Assembly: GCA_019058315.1 (NCBI GenBank)
Contig: JAHPZH010000003.1
Coordinates: 492,451-556,450 of the forward strand
Direction: 5' to 3'
DNA from: Candidatus Helarchaeota archaeon
Lineage (GTDB): Archaea; Asgardarchaeota; Lokiarchaeia; Helarchaeales; RDOG01
DNA length: 64,000 nucleotides
Of the stretch, positions 39,983-50,614 are shown piece after piece. The notes under the pieces are model-generated. The model saw only the letters and a program-made list of their open reading frames with translations. It ran no database searches and was not told where the DNA came from. Position 1 is the stretch's first letter. Each line of letters begins with the position of its first letter. Both the position numbers and the translations under genes were made by a program.

Positions 39983-41122
39983 ATGGAAGATAGAATTTCG
40001 AAAATAAAAAAAGAAATGGAATTAAAAGAGATAAATTTAATAATCTTATTTAGTTCCAGAAATATCTATTATGTTTCTGACACTGCTCAATTTTCTATTT
40101 GTGTATTACCCTTAGACGGTGAACCATTCATTTTTATAAAACGCAATTTTCAACGTGGAAAAAAAGAGACCTGGATTAAAGATGTAATAAAACTCGAATC
40201 AACCAAGGGTGTAATTCAAGAGATAAAGGATAGAAAATTAGAAATAAAGGATTTAGGGTTAGAATTGAATTTTTTAAGAGCAAATCAATACATAAAATTA
40301 TCTAAATTGCTTCCAAATAGTCGATTTATTGATATTAATCAACTATTTTTAGAAATAAGAATGATTAAGGATAAGAGGGAAATAGAGCATATAAAAGCAG
40401 CAGCAAAGGCGGTGATGGGAGCACAAAAAGTTACACGTGAATTTATAAAACCTGGTGTTACTGAAATGGAAGTTGCTGCTGAAATAGCATATGAATTAAA
40501 AAAACATGGAAGTTGGACAACACAAAGTAATATGTATTGGGATTCTAATGGATTTTGTCTTGCTTCAGGGGAGAATCTATATTCGCCTGGTGATTTTCCA
40601 ATTTTATCAGGTGTAGGGGCTTCTAAGGCAACCCCAAGAAGCGCTTCGAATCGGATTTTGAAAAATGGGGACATTTTCGTACTTGATATTGGTTCGAATG
40701 TTGAAGGCTACCATGCAGATCATGCAAGAACCTATTACATCGGAAATCCAGATTCAAAATTCCGAAAAATTTATAATATTATTTTAGGAGCACTCAAGAA
40801 TGCATTTCAATTAATAAAGGAAGACAAAACCATTGCTGAAATATTCCAAGAGACAAAAGAACGCATGGGAGAATACAAGGAATTTTTTCAGGGGTTTAAT
40901 GGATACAGACAAGGACTCGGGCATGGTGTCGGTCTTCATTTAGATGAACCGCCATATATCATTGCTAGGAATACGAATAAACTCCAAGAAAATATGGTTA
41001 TTGCTCTCGAGCCAAAATTAATTATTCCAAATTGGGGAGCAGTTGATTTGGAAGACACTTTATTAATAAGAAAAAATAAAGACCCCGAATTATTAACCAC
41101 TTCCCCTTATTTGGAATTCTAA
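39983..41122 (+). CDS. Xaa-Pro aminopeptidase/dipeptidase (M24 family)
   Basis: RMIKD..EI, LDIG, YHADHART, GHGVGLHLDEPP, ALEPK, LED. Confidence 0.93.
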   Translation: MEDRISKIKKEMELKEINLIILFSSRNIYYVSDTAQFSICVLPLDGEPFIFIKRNFQRGKKETWIKDVIKLESTKGVIQEIKDRKLEIKDLGLELNFLRANQYIKLSKLLPNSRFIDINQLFLEIRMIKDKREIEHIKAAAKAVMGAQKVTREFIKPGVTEMEVAAEIAYELKKHGSWTTQSNMYWDSNGFCLASGENLYSPGDFPILSGVGASKATPRSASNRILKNGDIFVLDIGSNVEGYHADHARTYYIGNPDSKFRKIYNIILGALKNAFQLIKEDKTIAEIFQETKERMGEYKEFFQGFNGYRQGLGHGVGLHLDEPPYIIARNTNKLQENMVIALEPKLIIPNWGAVDLEDTLLIRKNKDPELLTTSPYLEF

Positions 41123-41333
41123 TATTTAATTTGTCCTACTTAAAACTGAAAAAGCCAGACTAAATTTATGAACTTGTTGCTATTATTAACATATACTACT
41201 TATTTTTGAAAATAATCAATCAACGGAAAAAATAATAAAACTATGTTTTATTGTAAATTTAGTTAAATCTTCTTATGAAGAATTAATATAATAGAAAAAT
41301 AACAAAAATAACAAATTTAATGGAGCAAAAATT

Positions 41334-42770
41334 ATGGTAGGAATTAGATCATATGGGGCTTATCTACCAGCTTATAAACTTGAGCGAAAAGCTATTGGAA
41401 GAGCTTGGGATTTCCCAAAAGCGCCAGGCACGAAATCGATGGCTAATCTAGACGAAGATTCAATAACCATGGGTGTTGCAGCGGCTCTTAAATGCATGGG
41501 AGATATTGATCCTAAAGAATTAGATGGTATATTTTACGCTTCAACCACTCCACCATACGTTGAAAAACAAAATGCATCTACATTAGCTTCAGTGTTAGAT
41601 TGTAGATCAGATATCTTAACTGCTGATTTTTGTAATACATTAAAGGCAGGAACAACAGCTTTACGTTCAGCTTATGATGCAATATCAAATAAGAAAGCCA
41701 AAAATATATTGATTATAGTCTCAGATAGAAGAAACCCAGAACCGGTAAGTATGTGGGAATATCAAATGGCTGATGGGGCTGTAGCTTTATTAGTATCAGA
41801 AGATGATGGGCTTGCTAGAATTGAGGGATATCATTCTGTAAATTATGAGTTAATAGGACCTTGGAGAAAAGAAGGGCAAGACTATGTCCATAGTTTTGAA
41901 GTTAAAGTCGAAGTAAAAATTGCATATGTACAATCAATGACTGCTGCAATAAAGGGACTTATGGAGAAATTTGAACTTACGCCAGAGTCCATCGACAAAG
42001 CAGCATATTATTCACCAGAGCCCAGATATCATGGTGTAGTCGCTAAAAAACTGAAACTTCCGACTAAAGCTATAGTGGATTCAAATTTCTTAGAGATGGG
42101 AAATACTGGATCTCCATTATGTTTTCAATTATTAATCAGTGCATTTGAAAAAGCGAAACCAGATGGAAATATTATTCTCGCAGGATATGGTGATGGTGCA
42201 GATGCTTTTTACTTAGTAGCCACAGAAAAAGCTAAAGAAATGAAAAATGAGAAAGGTAAATTCCAAAAACTAATTAAAAATCAGATACTTATCGAAAATT
42301 ATAATAAATATTTAGAAAATAGATTATTAGTTAAAGGTCGGAATTTCTTTGTTCGTAGATCCAGTCCTGTGACTATGTGGAGAGATCAAAAATCGGTCTA
42401 CCAATTATATGGATTTAAATGCAATAAATGCGGAATGATCCAATATCCAATAATGAACGGTAACTGTATGAATTGTATGAGTGAAGATGTTACTCCTATG
42501 AAAATGAGTCATACAGGTAAAGTCTTTACCTTCAGTTTAGATCATTTAGTCGGTGGAGAATATAAACAAACTCCAGTTCCTAGGTGTGTTGTGGATTTAG
42601 ATGGTGGTGGTAGAATTTTGTTAGATATGACAGATTGTATACCACGTGATACGTATGTCGGTCAAGAAGTTGAATTAACATTTAGAAAATATTCTGAAGG
42701 TGGAGAATTTGATAATTATTATTGGAAATGTCGCCCCATAGAAAGAAAGAAGAAAAAGGAGGCGAGCTAA
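41334..42770 (+). CDS. HMG-CoA synthase-fold protein (apparently non-catalytic) fused to a DUF35 Zn-ribbon/OB domain
   Basis: GIRSYGAYLP, DEDSITM, KAGT, GNTG, YGDGADA; C-terminal CNKCG..CMNC, GKVFTFS, VELTFRK, YYWK. Confidence 0.88.
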   Translation: MVGIRSYGAYLPAYKLERKAIGRAWDFPKAPGTKSMANLDEDSITMGVAAALKCMGDIDPKELDGIFYASTTPPYVEKQNASTLASVLDCRSDILTADFCNTLKAGTTALRSAYDAISNKKAKNILIIVSDRRNPEPVSMWEYQMADGAVALLVSEDDGLARIEGYHSVNYELIGPWRKEGQDYVHSFEVKVEVKIAYVQSMTAAIKGLMEKFELTPESIDKAAYYSPEPRYHGVVAKKLKLPTKAIVDSNFLEMGNTGSPLCFQLLISAFEKAKPDGNIILAGYGDGADAFYLVATEKAKEMKNEKGKFQKLIKNQILIENYNKYLENRLLVKGRNFFVRRSSPVTMWRDQKSVYQLYGFKCNKCGMIQYPIMNGNCMNCMSEDVTPMKMSHTGKVFTFSLDHLVGGEYKQTPVPRCVVDLDGGGRILLDMTDCIPRDTYVGQEVELTFRKYSEGGEFDNYYWKCRPIERKKKKEAS

Positions 42771-43964
42771 TTGGGACATATTAGACATGGTAGTATAAGA
42801 GATAAAATTGCAATTATAGGTGTTGGTTGCACAAAATTTGGTGAATTATGGGATAAGAACCAATATGACTTGTTAAGGGAATCTACATATGCAGCTTTTA
42901 AAGATGCCGGAATTCAAGATCCAAATAAAGAAATCGATGCAATTTGGTGCGGCATACAATATTATTTTACTGGGCTTTCAGGTGGGACTGCTGCGGATGC
43001 TATGAAACTATATGGTAAACCAGTAACAAGAGTAGAGAATTTTTGTGCTTCTGGTATGGACGCATTTAGAAATGCTTGTTACGGAGTGGCATCAGGAGTT
43101 TGTGATATTAATCTCGCATGTGGTGTTGAAAAGTTGATGGATGAGGGAAGTGCAGGGCTTCCAGGCTTTCATGAGTTTGGTCATCCAGTATTACCTATGC
43201 CGTCAGCTCCAGCAATGTTTTGTTTTGCCGCATCTCGTTCTTTTGCAGAATATGGCTGGACAAAAGAAGATCTTGCCAGAGTTGCAGTAAAAAATCATAA
43301 AAATGGAGTTGCTCATCCTAAGGCTCACTTTAGACGCGCAATAACAATAGAAGATGCTTTAAATGCACCAATGATCGCTGAGCCACTTGGTCGTTTTGAT
43401 TGTTGTGCTATGAGTGATGGCAGTGCAGCTTTGATAGTCACGACGCCTGAAATAGCTGAAAGTTACGCCCATGCCAAAGATTATGTAGTGGTAAAAGCAA
43501 ATGCCATCTGCGTTGAAACCAACTTTCCGTGGTATAATCCGAATTATAGTTTTGTGGGTTTTCCATCAACACAAAAGGCTGCAAAATTAGCATATGAAGA
43601 AGCAGGTGTAAAAGACCCCAAAAAAGAAATATCATTAGCCGAAGTTCATGATTGTTTTACTATTACAGAATTAGTTAACTATCAAGATCTATTCTTCTGT
43701 GAACCTGGTGAAGCAGCACAATGGCTCAAAGATGGACATCCGGAAGTGGAAGGTGATTTGCCAGTCAATGCATCAGGAGGATTAAAATGTTTTGGACATC
43801 CCATTGGAGCAACGGGATGTAGAATGCTTCAAGAAGTAACTCGACAATTACAAGGTAGAGCAGAAGGTATGCAAGTCAAAGATCCAGAACTTGGTTTGGC
43901 ACATAATCTTGGTGGTGCCTTTACCGTAGCATCAGTTACAATTTTAGGAAAAGGGCCTCTATAA
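42771..43964 (+). CDS. Thiolase, SCP-x/archaeal type (acetyl-CoA acetyltransferase)
   Basis: ENFCASG (catalytic Cys), KNHKN, SDGSAA, EVHDCF, NASGGL..GHPIGATG, HNLGG; TTG immediately follows the upstream stop. Confidence 0.93.
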   Translation: MGHIRHGSIRDKIAIIGVGCTKFGELWDKNQYDLLRESTYAAFKDAGIQDPNKEIDAIWCGIQYYFTGLSGGTAADAMKLYGKPVTRVENFCASGMDAFRNACYGVASGVCDINLACGVEKLMDEGSAGLPGFHEFGHPVLPMPSAPAMFCFAASRSFAEYGWTKEDLARVAVKNHKNGVAHPKAHFRRAITIEDALNAPMIAEPLGRFDCCAMSDGSAALIVTTPEIAESYAHAKDYVVVKANAICVETNFPWYNPNYSFVGFPSTQKAAKLAYEEAGVKDPKKEISLAEVHDCFTITELVNYQDLFFCEPGEAAQWLKDGHPEVEGDLPVNASGGLKCFGHPIGATGCRMLQEVTRQLQGRAEGMQVKDPELGLAHNLGGAFTVASVTILGKGPL

Positions 43965-44022
43965 TCCCCTTATTTTACTTTCCTTTATCCCTTTTTTTTA
44001 TTAAAAAAAATAATTATTGTTT

Positions 44023-45717
44023 TTATGATTCTTTTTTTTCTTCCCATTCTCTAAGTTTTCTTCGAAATACTTTGCCTACAGCAGTACGGGGAAGTCTATT
44101 AATGAATTCTACTTTTCTTGGCCATTTATAACCTGCCATACGTTCTTTTGCCCATTCAATGATTTCCTGTTCTGTGATTTTCCCATCACGATATTCTTTT
44201 CTAAGTACAATAAAAGCTTTTATTGTTTCACCAATGACAGGATCCGGAACACCAACCACTCCTACTTCTAGAACTGCTGGGTGTTCATATAATTTTTCTT
44301 CTACCTCTCTAGGCATAACTTTATATCCTTTGTATTTAACCATATCCTTTGTTCGACCTTCAATGTAGAAATAGCCGTCCTCAGCCATTCTTGCTAAGTC
44401 TCCAGTTCTTAACCATCCATCAGATGTAATAGTTTTTGCTGTAGCTTCCGGTTTCTTCCAATATCCTTTCATAATCTGTGGACCCCGAATTAACAACTCC
44501 CCTACTTGATCTAATGGTAATTCTTCTAATGTCGCTGGATCTACAATCTTGGCGTCAGTATCGATTATAGGGACACCAATACTTTCAGCTCTTATTTCGG
44601 GAAGCCATTCTGGTTGTGTATGAGTTATAGGGCTTGCCTCAGTCAACCCATAACCTTGTCCCATTTTTACTCCTGTTACTTCCTCCCATCTACGACTTAT
44701 TTCGGGGGGTAAAGCTGCTGAACCTGATCCCGAGCTTTCTAAGGAGCTTAGATCGCGTTTTGTAAAATCTGGGTGATTTACGAGCATTTGGAACATTACT
44801 GGCACTCCAACAAACCCTCTTAATTTGTATGTCTCAATTGTCTTAAGGATTTCTCCAGCATCAAACGAAGTATACATGATCATCATCGCTGCTGCTGAGA
44901 GTGATATTAATACAACAGTGAAACCGAAAGTATGACATATTGGTAAGACTGTTACACTAGTAATCTTTCCAATTTCTTCTACATATCGATTCTTTGCTAT
45001 CCCCATTGTACATAATGCATCTGCTATAAGATTATTGTGAGTTAACATAACTCCCTTCGGCAATCCGGTGGTTCCTCCCGTATATAAAAGAGCCGCTATG
45101 TCATTTAATGGATCAATTTCAACTTTTGGAGGTTTAGGTTCCTTGTCTTTAACAAAATCTTCAAAAAGTATTGCATCACCTTTTGGTTTTTGGGCACCTA
45201 ACAAAATTACATTTTCAATTTCAACTTTCTCCCTAGCTTTTTTAATTGTCCTATAGTTGTCACTATGACAAAAAACCGTGTTAATATTACCAGCATCTCT
45301 TACTATATGAGCTACATCGGATTCTTTTAGTAATGGATTTATTGGAGTAGCCGCTGCTCCACATTGAGTTATCCCAAAAATTGAAAATATAAATTCTGGA
45401 CGATTGGAAGTCATAATCGCAACTGAACTTCCTTTTTTAACACCTAAATCATTATAAAGACCATTTGAAATCTTATCTGCATATAAAAAGACATCTCGAT
45501 AGGTATATTTCTTATCAGTGGGAACAAAATAAATAGCTACATTATTTGGAAAATCCTCGGCGACTTGCCGAATATAATCATTTATTGAAATTGGATCATA
45601 CTTGATGGTTTTTGGTATATCAGCAGGTTTGTAGCTATTCCAGATTCTATTTGGTCTAACATAAGGGGATTCGTTTTTATAATCGTAAATAGGCTCCCAT
45701 TTTTTTTCTTCACTCAT
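44023..45717 (-). CDS. Long-chain-fatty-acid--CoA ligase
   Basis: YTGGTTGLPKG, GYGLTEASP, RTGD, GRTKD, PRTAVGK. Confidence 0.93.
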   Translation of the reverse strand: MSEEKKWEPIYDYKNESPYVRPNRIWNSYKPADIPKTIKYDPISINDYIRQVAEDFPNNVAIYFVPTDKKYTYRDVFLYADKISNGLYNDLGVKKGSSVAIMTSNRPEFIFSIFGITQCGAAATPINPLLKESDVAHIVRDAGNINTVFCHSDNYRTIKKAREKVEIENVILLGAQKPKGDAILFEDFVKDKEPKPPKVEIDPLNDIAALLYTGGTTGLPKGVMLTHNNLIADALCTMGIAKNRYVEEIGKITSVTVLPICHTFGFTVVLISLSAAAMMIMYTSFDAGEILKTIETYKLRGFVGVPVMFQMLVNHPDFTKRDLSSLESSGSGSAALPPEISRRWEEVTGVKMGQGYGLTEASPITHTQPEWLPEIRAESIGVPIIDTDAKIVDPATLEELPLDQVGELLIRGPQIMKGYWKKPEATAKTITSDGWLRTGDLARMAEDGYFYIEGRTKDMVKYKGYKVMPREVEEKLYEHPAVLEVGVVGVPDPVIGETIKAFIVLRKEYRDGKITEQEIIEWAKERMAGYKWPRKVEFINRLPRTAVGKVFRRKLREWEEKKES

Positions 45718-45882
45718 AAAAATACCTCGACTTCTTTTAAATTATTTTAATATTATTTTTATTAATAAATCCACCATTTAATTTGATTTTTTCTTATAAA
45801 AAAGGTTTAAATAATGTCACTTCTTATCTAAGAAATACTAAAAAGAAAATACCTATTTCATAGATTAAAAGAGGGAATCTTA

Positions 45883-47571
45883 GTGAGTAAAAACATTTCG
45901 GAGGAATTTATCCTTAAACATGAAGATATAGTTAGATCAATTTCTGTATCTCCAGATAAAAAATATTTAATCAGTGGTTCTCAAGATAAAACAATTAGAG
46001 TCTGGGAGTTGGAAACTGGAAATCTCGTTCATAATCTTAAAGGTCATACTGGTTGGGTATTAACAGTCGCAGTCTCTCCAAATGGAGAATATATTGTTAG
46101 TGGATCGTCAGACAAAACAATCAAAATTTGGGATCTTGAAACTGGGTTGCTTATCCGCACACTTGAAGGGCATAATCTTTATGTATTCTCCGTTGCAGTT
46201 TCTGAAGAATATATCTTTAGTTCATCTTGGGATAAGACTATTAAAGTCTGGAGTTTAAAAACTGGAAAATTAATACACACAATTAAAGGTCATAAAGATT
46301 GTGTGTATACAATAATTTTATCTCCTGATAATAATTATTTATTGAGTGGATCTTGGGATGCAACAATTAAGATGTGGGAGATAGGCACATGGAAACACAT
46401 CTGTGATTTCACAGGTCACGAGAGTGCTATTTATTCGCTTGCAATAACATCTGATGGAAGATATATCTTTAGTGGATCGGGGGATAATACCATTAAGATG
46501 TGGGATTCTAAGAATAAATTAATTATTCGCACTTTTGAGGCACATACAGATCAAATATATGCTCTTGCGGTTCTACCAGATAATAAAATTATTACTGGTT
46601 CGGCAGATAAAAGCATTTGGATTTGGAATTATTTAAATGGTTGGGCACTCGGGAAACTTACAGGATACTCAGCAATTTATTCTCTTGCAGCTCCAGGGAA
46701 ATATATTATTTGTGCATTCGAAGATAAAACAATTAAAGTATGGAATACAGATAAATTTCAAGAAGGAATCTCAATTGAAGAATTGATTAAATCACATTTC
46801 AAATTCGGACGAAGTACAGGCTATGATCTATTTAGTAAAGGTGCTTATTATCAGAATGTAGGAGATTACGTAAAAGCAATTGATTACTTTAAAAGAGCTC
46901 TTGAATATGAAATGCAAAATAGCGAAGTTTGGAATAGATTAGGAATATGTTATAGTTCTATGGGCAAGATAAAAGAAGCTATAGATTCTTTTCAAAATGC
47001 AATAAAAATTAATTCCAATGATAGTTCAATATGGATCAATATGGGTATAGCATATAGTATAACGGATAATAATAAGGCCATCGAATGCTTTCAAGAAGCT
47101 GTTAAAATTAACCCATATAATAGATTGGGTTGGTATATTATGGGATTGACTTATTTCCTTTCGGGTTCCGCTTTAGAATCTATTGATCCATTTAAAAAAG
47201 TTATAGAAATTAACCCTAATGGACTTTTTCCGTGGTATCATATTGGACTTGCACTCGCTTTTGTAGAAAAATTTGAAAAAGCAATCGAATGGTTGCAAAA
47301 AGCTATTAAAAATGATTCTTCGAATTATAAAGCTTGGATACTAATGGGAATATGTTATACCGAGTTAAAGAAAAAAGATGAAGCTATGAATTGTTATGAA
47401 AAAGCTATTAATCTATTAGAAAGTCATCTGCAAGTATTTCCTTATGATAGTGATGCGAGAATTTTCTTAAATTGGGCAAGATATAAAACAAATGTTAGTA
47501 AATATAAGTCAGAAATGCTAAAAAAGGAGAAAGAGAAAGCTAGAGAGAATATAAAAAGTTATTACTCTTAA
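45883..47571 (+). CDS. WD40 beta-propeller (7 repeats) + TPR solenoid (about 6 repeats)
   Basis: Seven GH..SGSxDxTIKxW units, then W-x2-(L/M/I)G..A..(F/Y)-x2-A TPR units. Confidence 0.93.
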   Translation: MSKNISEEFILKHEDIVRSISVSPDKKYLISGSQDKTIRVWELETGNLVHNLKGHTGWVLTVAVSPNGEYIVSGSSDKTIKIWDLETGLLIRTLEGHNLYVFSVAVSEEYIFSSSWDKTIKVWSLKTGKLIHTIKGHKDCVYTIILSPDNNYLLSGSWDATIKMWEIGTWKHICDFTGHESAIYSLAITSDGRYIFSGSGDNTIKMWDSKNKLIIRTFEAHTDQIYALAVLPDNKIITGSADKSIWIWNYLNGWALGKLTGYSAIYSLAAPGKYIICAFEDKTIKVWNTDKFQEGISIEELIKSHFKFGRSTGYDLFSKGAYYQNVGDYVKAIDYFKRALEYEMQNSEVWNRLGICYSSMGKIKEAIDSFQNAIKINSNDSSIWINMGIAYSITDNNKAIECFQEAVKINPYNRLGWYIMGLTYFLSGSALESIDPFKKVIEINPNGLFPWYHIGLALAFVEKFEKAIEWLQKAIKNDSSNYKAWILMGICYTELKKKDEAMNCYEKAINLLESHLQVFPYDSDARIFLNWARYKTNVSKYKSEMLKKEKEKARENIKSYYS

Positions 47572-47597
47572 AAAAATATTAAAAAATCATTATTTTT

Positions 47598-49256
47598 TTA
47601 AATTTTCTCCTTATCTCTTAATTTTCTTCGAAGTATTTTTCCAACTGCACTTTTTGGGAAAGATCCTACAAATTCTACTTTTCTAGGATATTTGTAGGCG
47701 GCAAGTTCTTCACGTGACCAATCAATAATTTCTTTTTCAGTAATTTTTCCTTTGTATTCACTATTTAATCGGATAAATGCTTTAATAGTTTCACCTGCAA
47801 CGGGATCTGGAATCCCTACGACGGATACTTCTTCAATAGCAGGGTGTTCGTATAAAACTTCTTCTACTTCGCGTGGATAAACCGAATGTCCTTTATATTT
47901 AATAAGATCTTTCATTCTATCCAGAAGATAAATATATCCTTCTTCATCTAACTTACCATAATCTCCTGTTTTTAACCATATCATTCCACCAGCTTCAAAT
48001 AAGACTCCCTTTGTTTTTTCAGGTCTTTTATAATAACCCTTCATTACTTGCGGTCCACTTACAACAAGTTCTCCCTCTTTTCCAACAGGTAGAAAATTAT
48101 TATCTTCATCTATAATTCCAACATACGTATTTGGTATGGGAAATCCACAAGATCCTAGTTTTTTCTTTCCAAAAGGTGCATTTATACAAACAACAGGTGA
48201 TGCCTCTGTAAGCCCATACCCTTCTGCCATACGCCATCCTGTTATATTTTCCCATTTTTTTGCCAATTCTACAGGTAAAGCACCAGCACCAACATTTGCA
48301 AGTTGAAATTGTGACATATTAACTTTCTTTTCCTTGACTAGTGGATGATTCATAAGAGTTATAAACATTGTAGTAACACCTTGCATTCCTACGGCATCCT
48401 GATTAAATTTCTCCAATACTTCTTCTGGATTAAAAGTTGGAAATAAATAAGATTTAGCCCCAACTAATGAATTTAGCGCCAATTCGCAAGTTTGTCCATA
48501 AATATGATACCAAGGTAAGACACTGACCATTACTTGTCGTTCCCATTTATAAAATTCCTTTAAATGATTTACATATGGTACTAATTGATGCGCATTTGCA
48601 ACAACATTTCTATGTGTTAACATAGCACCTTTTGGATCTCCTGTTGTACCTCCTGTATATTGAATTATAGCAAGATCATCAGGATTTATATCTACTTTTG
48701 GTGGTTCCGGAGGATTGTTCATTATTGTATCAAAATGATAGATTCCATTTTCAGGATCTTCAGGTTTTTTTATTTCTTTACCCTCAACATTCACTAGAAT
48801 TATATTTTTAAGATTTGTTTCAGCTCTTATCTTTTTAACATGTCGGAAAAATCTATCTAATACTATTATTGTTGTAGCCCCACTATCATTTACTTGGTAT
48901 TTTACTTCCCGTCCAACAAAAAGTGGACTAATAGCTGTCAAATAAGCCCCAGTCGTAAGAATTCCAAAGTAACTGAAAATGAAATGAGGACAATTAGGAA
49001 GAAAAATAGCAACTATATCACCTTTCTTTATTCCTAATTTTGCAAGACCTGTAGCAACTCTTTTTGATAAATCAACTATCTGGTTAGCAGAAAATTCTCG
49101 TCCAAAATAGTCAATAACTATATTGTCACCGAATTTTTTTGCTGTATTTTCACCCATTTCGGGAATAGTCATGTCTGGAATTTCAACCCATTTGTCAAAA
49201 CCTGGTGGTGCATATTTCATCCAGTATTTGTCTTTAATTTCTTGAGGAATATCCAT
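47598..49256 (-). CDS. Long-chain-fatty-acid--CoA ligase
   Basis: YTGGTTGDPKG, EGYGLTEASP, KTGD, DRMKD, PKSAVGK. Confidence 0.93.
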   Translation of the reverse strand: MDIPQEIKDKYWMKYAPPGFDKWVEIPDMTIPEMGENTAKKFGDNIVIDYFGREFSANQIVDLSKRVATGLAKLGIKKGDIVAIFLPNCPHFIFSYFGILTTGAYLTAISPLFVGREVKYQVNDSGATTIIVLDRFFRHVKKIRAETNLKNIILVNVEGKEIKKPEDPENGIYHFDTIMNNPPEPPKVDINPDDLAIIQYTGGTTGDPKGAMLTHRNVVANAHQLVPYVNHLKEFYKWERQVMVSVLPWYHIYGQTCELALNSLVGAKSYLFPTFNPEEVLEKFNQDAVGMQGVTTMFITLMNHPLVKEKKVNMSQFQLANVGAGALPVELAKKWENITGWRMAEGYGLTEASPVVCINAPFGKKKLGSCGFPIPNTYVGIIDEDNNFLPVGKEGELVVSGPQVMKGYYKRPEKTKGVLFEAGGMIWLKTGDYGKLDEEGYIYLLDRMKDLIKYKGHSVYPREVEEVLYEHPAIEEVSVVGIPDPVAGETIKAFIRLNSEYKGKITEKEIIDWSREELAAYKYPRKVEFVGSFPKSAVGKILRRKLRDKEKI

Positions 49257-49402
49257 TTAACTTCCACTTCCTTAAATTCAATTCTTTAGATTTTATTATT
49301 TTTAATTTATTTTTATTATTTTAAAAAAGGTTATTGTTATATAAGAAGAGAAAAAAATGCTCTTTATATTTTTTAATATTAATAGAGGGATATTACGTTT
49401 AT

Positions 49403-50608
49403 TTATAATGCTCTTAAAATCAAATCTGTAATATCGATAATTTCTAGCGATTCTTTATTCATTTCAGTAGCAGCAGCAGTTAAGTTATTCAAACAAAATG
49501 GACAAGCTGATGTAACTATTTTTGCATTTGTATCAATTGCTTCATCAATTCTAACTTTAGCAATTTCTAATGCTAATTCTGGAAAACTGCTTTTAACACC
49601 TCCACCTGCTCCACAGCACCAAGCATTTTCCCTATTTCTTTTCATTTCGATAAGCTGTAATCCAGGTATTAATTGAAGGATATTTCTAGGAGCATCATAT
49701 AAATTAGAAGAACGACCAAGATGGCAAGGATCGTGATATGTTACAATTTCATTAATTTCATTTTCAAATTTCAATTTTCCATTTTTTATTAGTTGTTCAA
49801 TGAATTCTGTGATGTGTAGAACTTCAAAAGGTAATTCCCCAACAAGATCAGGATAATCATTTTTTAGCGTTTTATAACACCCAGCACAGTGGGTTATTAT
49901 TAATTTCGCCCCGGAATTTTTTATAGCCTCAACATTTTTATATGCTAATTCTTTTGCTAAGGTTTTTTTACCAATCCTTAATGCTACACTACCACAGCAT
50001 TTTTCATTTTCACCAAGGATGCCGAATTCAACATTTGCTTTCTTTAATATTTTAATTACATTTTTTGTAATCCTTTGTGATCTGTAACTTTCTGTACATC
50101 CAATATAAAATATGATATCTGCTTTATTTGGGATTCTTTCACCTTTCAGCCAATTTAAACGATCACTATGTTTTTCCATATAGGGATTATTTTCTTCTTG
50201 ACACCAATCTAAAATTTCTTTATGTCTTGGTAAAATAAAACCATTCTCAACTAGATCTTCTCGAAATGCTTCCCAAACTGTCACATGATCTAACCAATAA
50301 GAGTTTGGTAGGTTAATACAAGGATCATAACTGTTATGGCAGATTGCTTTACAAGAACCACAAGTAGTACATTGGTAGAAACATTCTGCAATTTCCTCAG
50401 TTAATTCTAGGGTTCCCTCGAGGAGACCTTCCAGTACCCTAAACTTTCCTCTTGCGGTTGATGGTTCAAAACCAGCAGTATGTTCATAGATCGGACAGAC
50501 ACCGAACCTTCCTACTCCCGGGCGATGTCCAATTCTACAATCACCAACACCCATACATGAATGGATCATTTTTTCATATTTCTTTAAATTAGTCAATTTA
50601 ACCTTCAA
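49403..50608 (-). CDS. CCG-domain Fe-S oxidoreductase (GlcF/GlpC/HdrD-like)
   Basis: CTTCGSCKAIC, KCCG, HCAGC, YHDPCHLGR, WCCGAGGG, ACPFC; first cluster motif is atypical (CMGVGDC). Confidence 0.92.
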   Translation of the reverse strand: MKVKLTNLKKYEKMIHSCMGVGDCRIGHRPGVGRFGVCPIYEHTAGFEPSTARGKFRVLEGLLEGTLELTEEIAECFYQCTTCGSCKAICHNSYDPCINLPNSYWLDHVTVWEAFREDLVENGFILPRHKEILDWCQEENNPYMEKHSDRLNWLKGERIPNKADIIFYIGCTESYRSQRITKNVIKILKKANVEFGILGENEKCCGSVALRIGKKTLAKELAYKNVEAIKNSGAKLIITHCAGCYKTLKNDYPDLVGELPFEVLHITEFIEQLIKNGKLKFENEINEIVTYHDPCHLGRSSNLYDAPRNILQLIPGLQLIEMKRNRENAWCCGAGGGVKSSFPELALEIAKVRIDEAIDTNAKIVTSACPFCLNNLTAAATEMNKESLEIIDITDLILRAL

Positions 50609-50614
50609 ATTATC

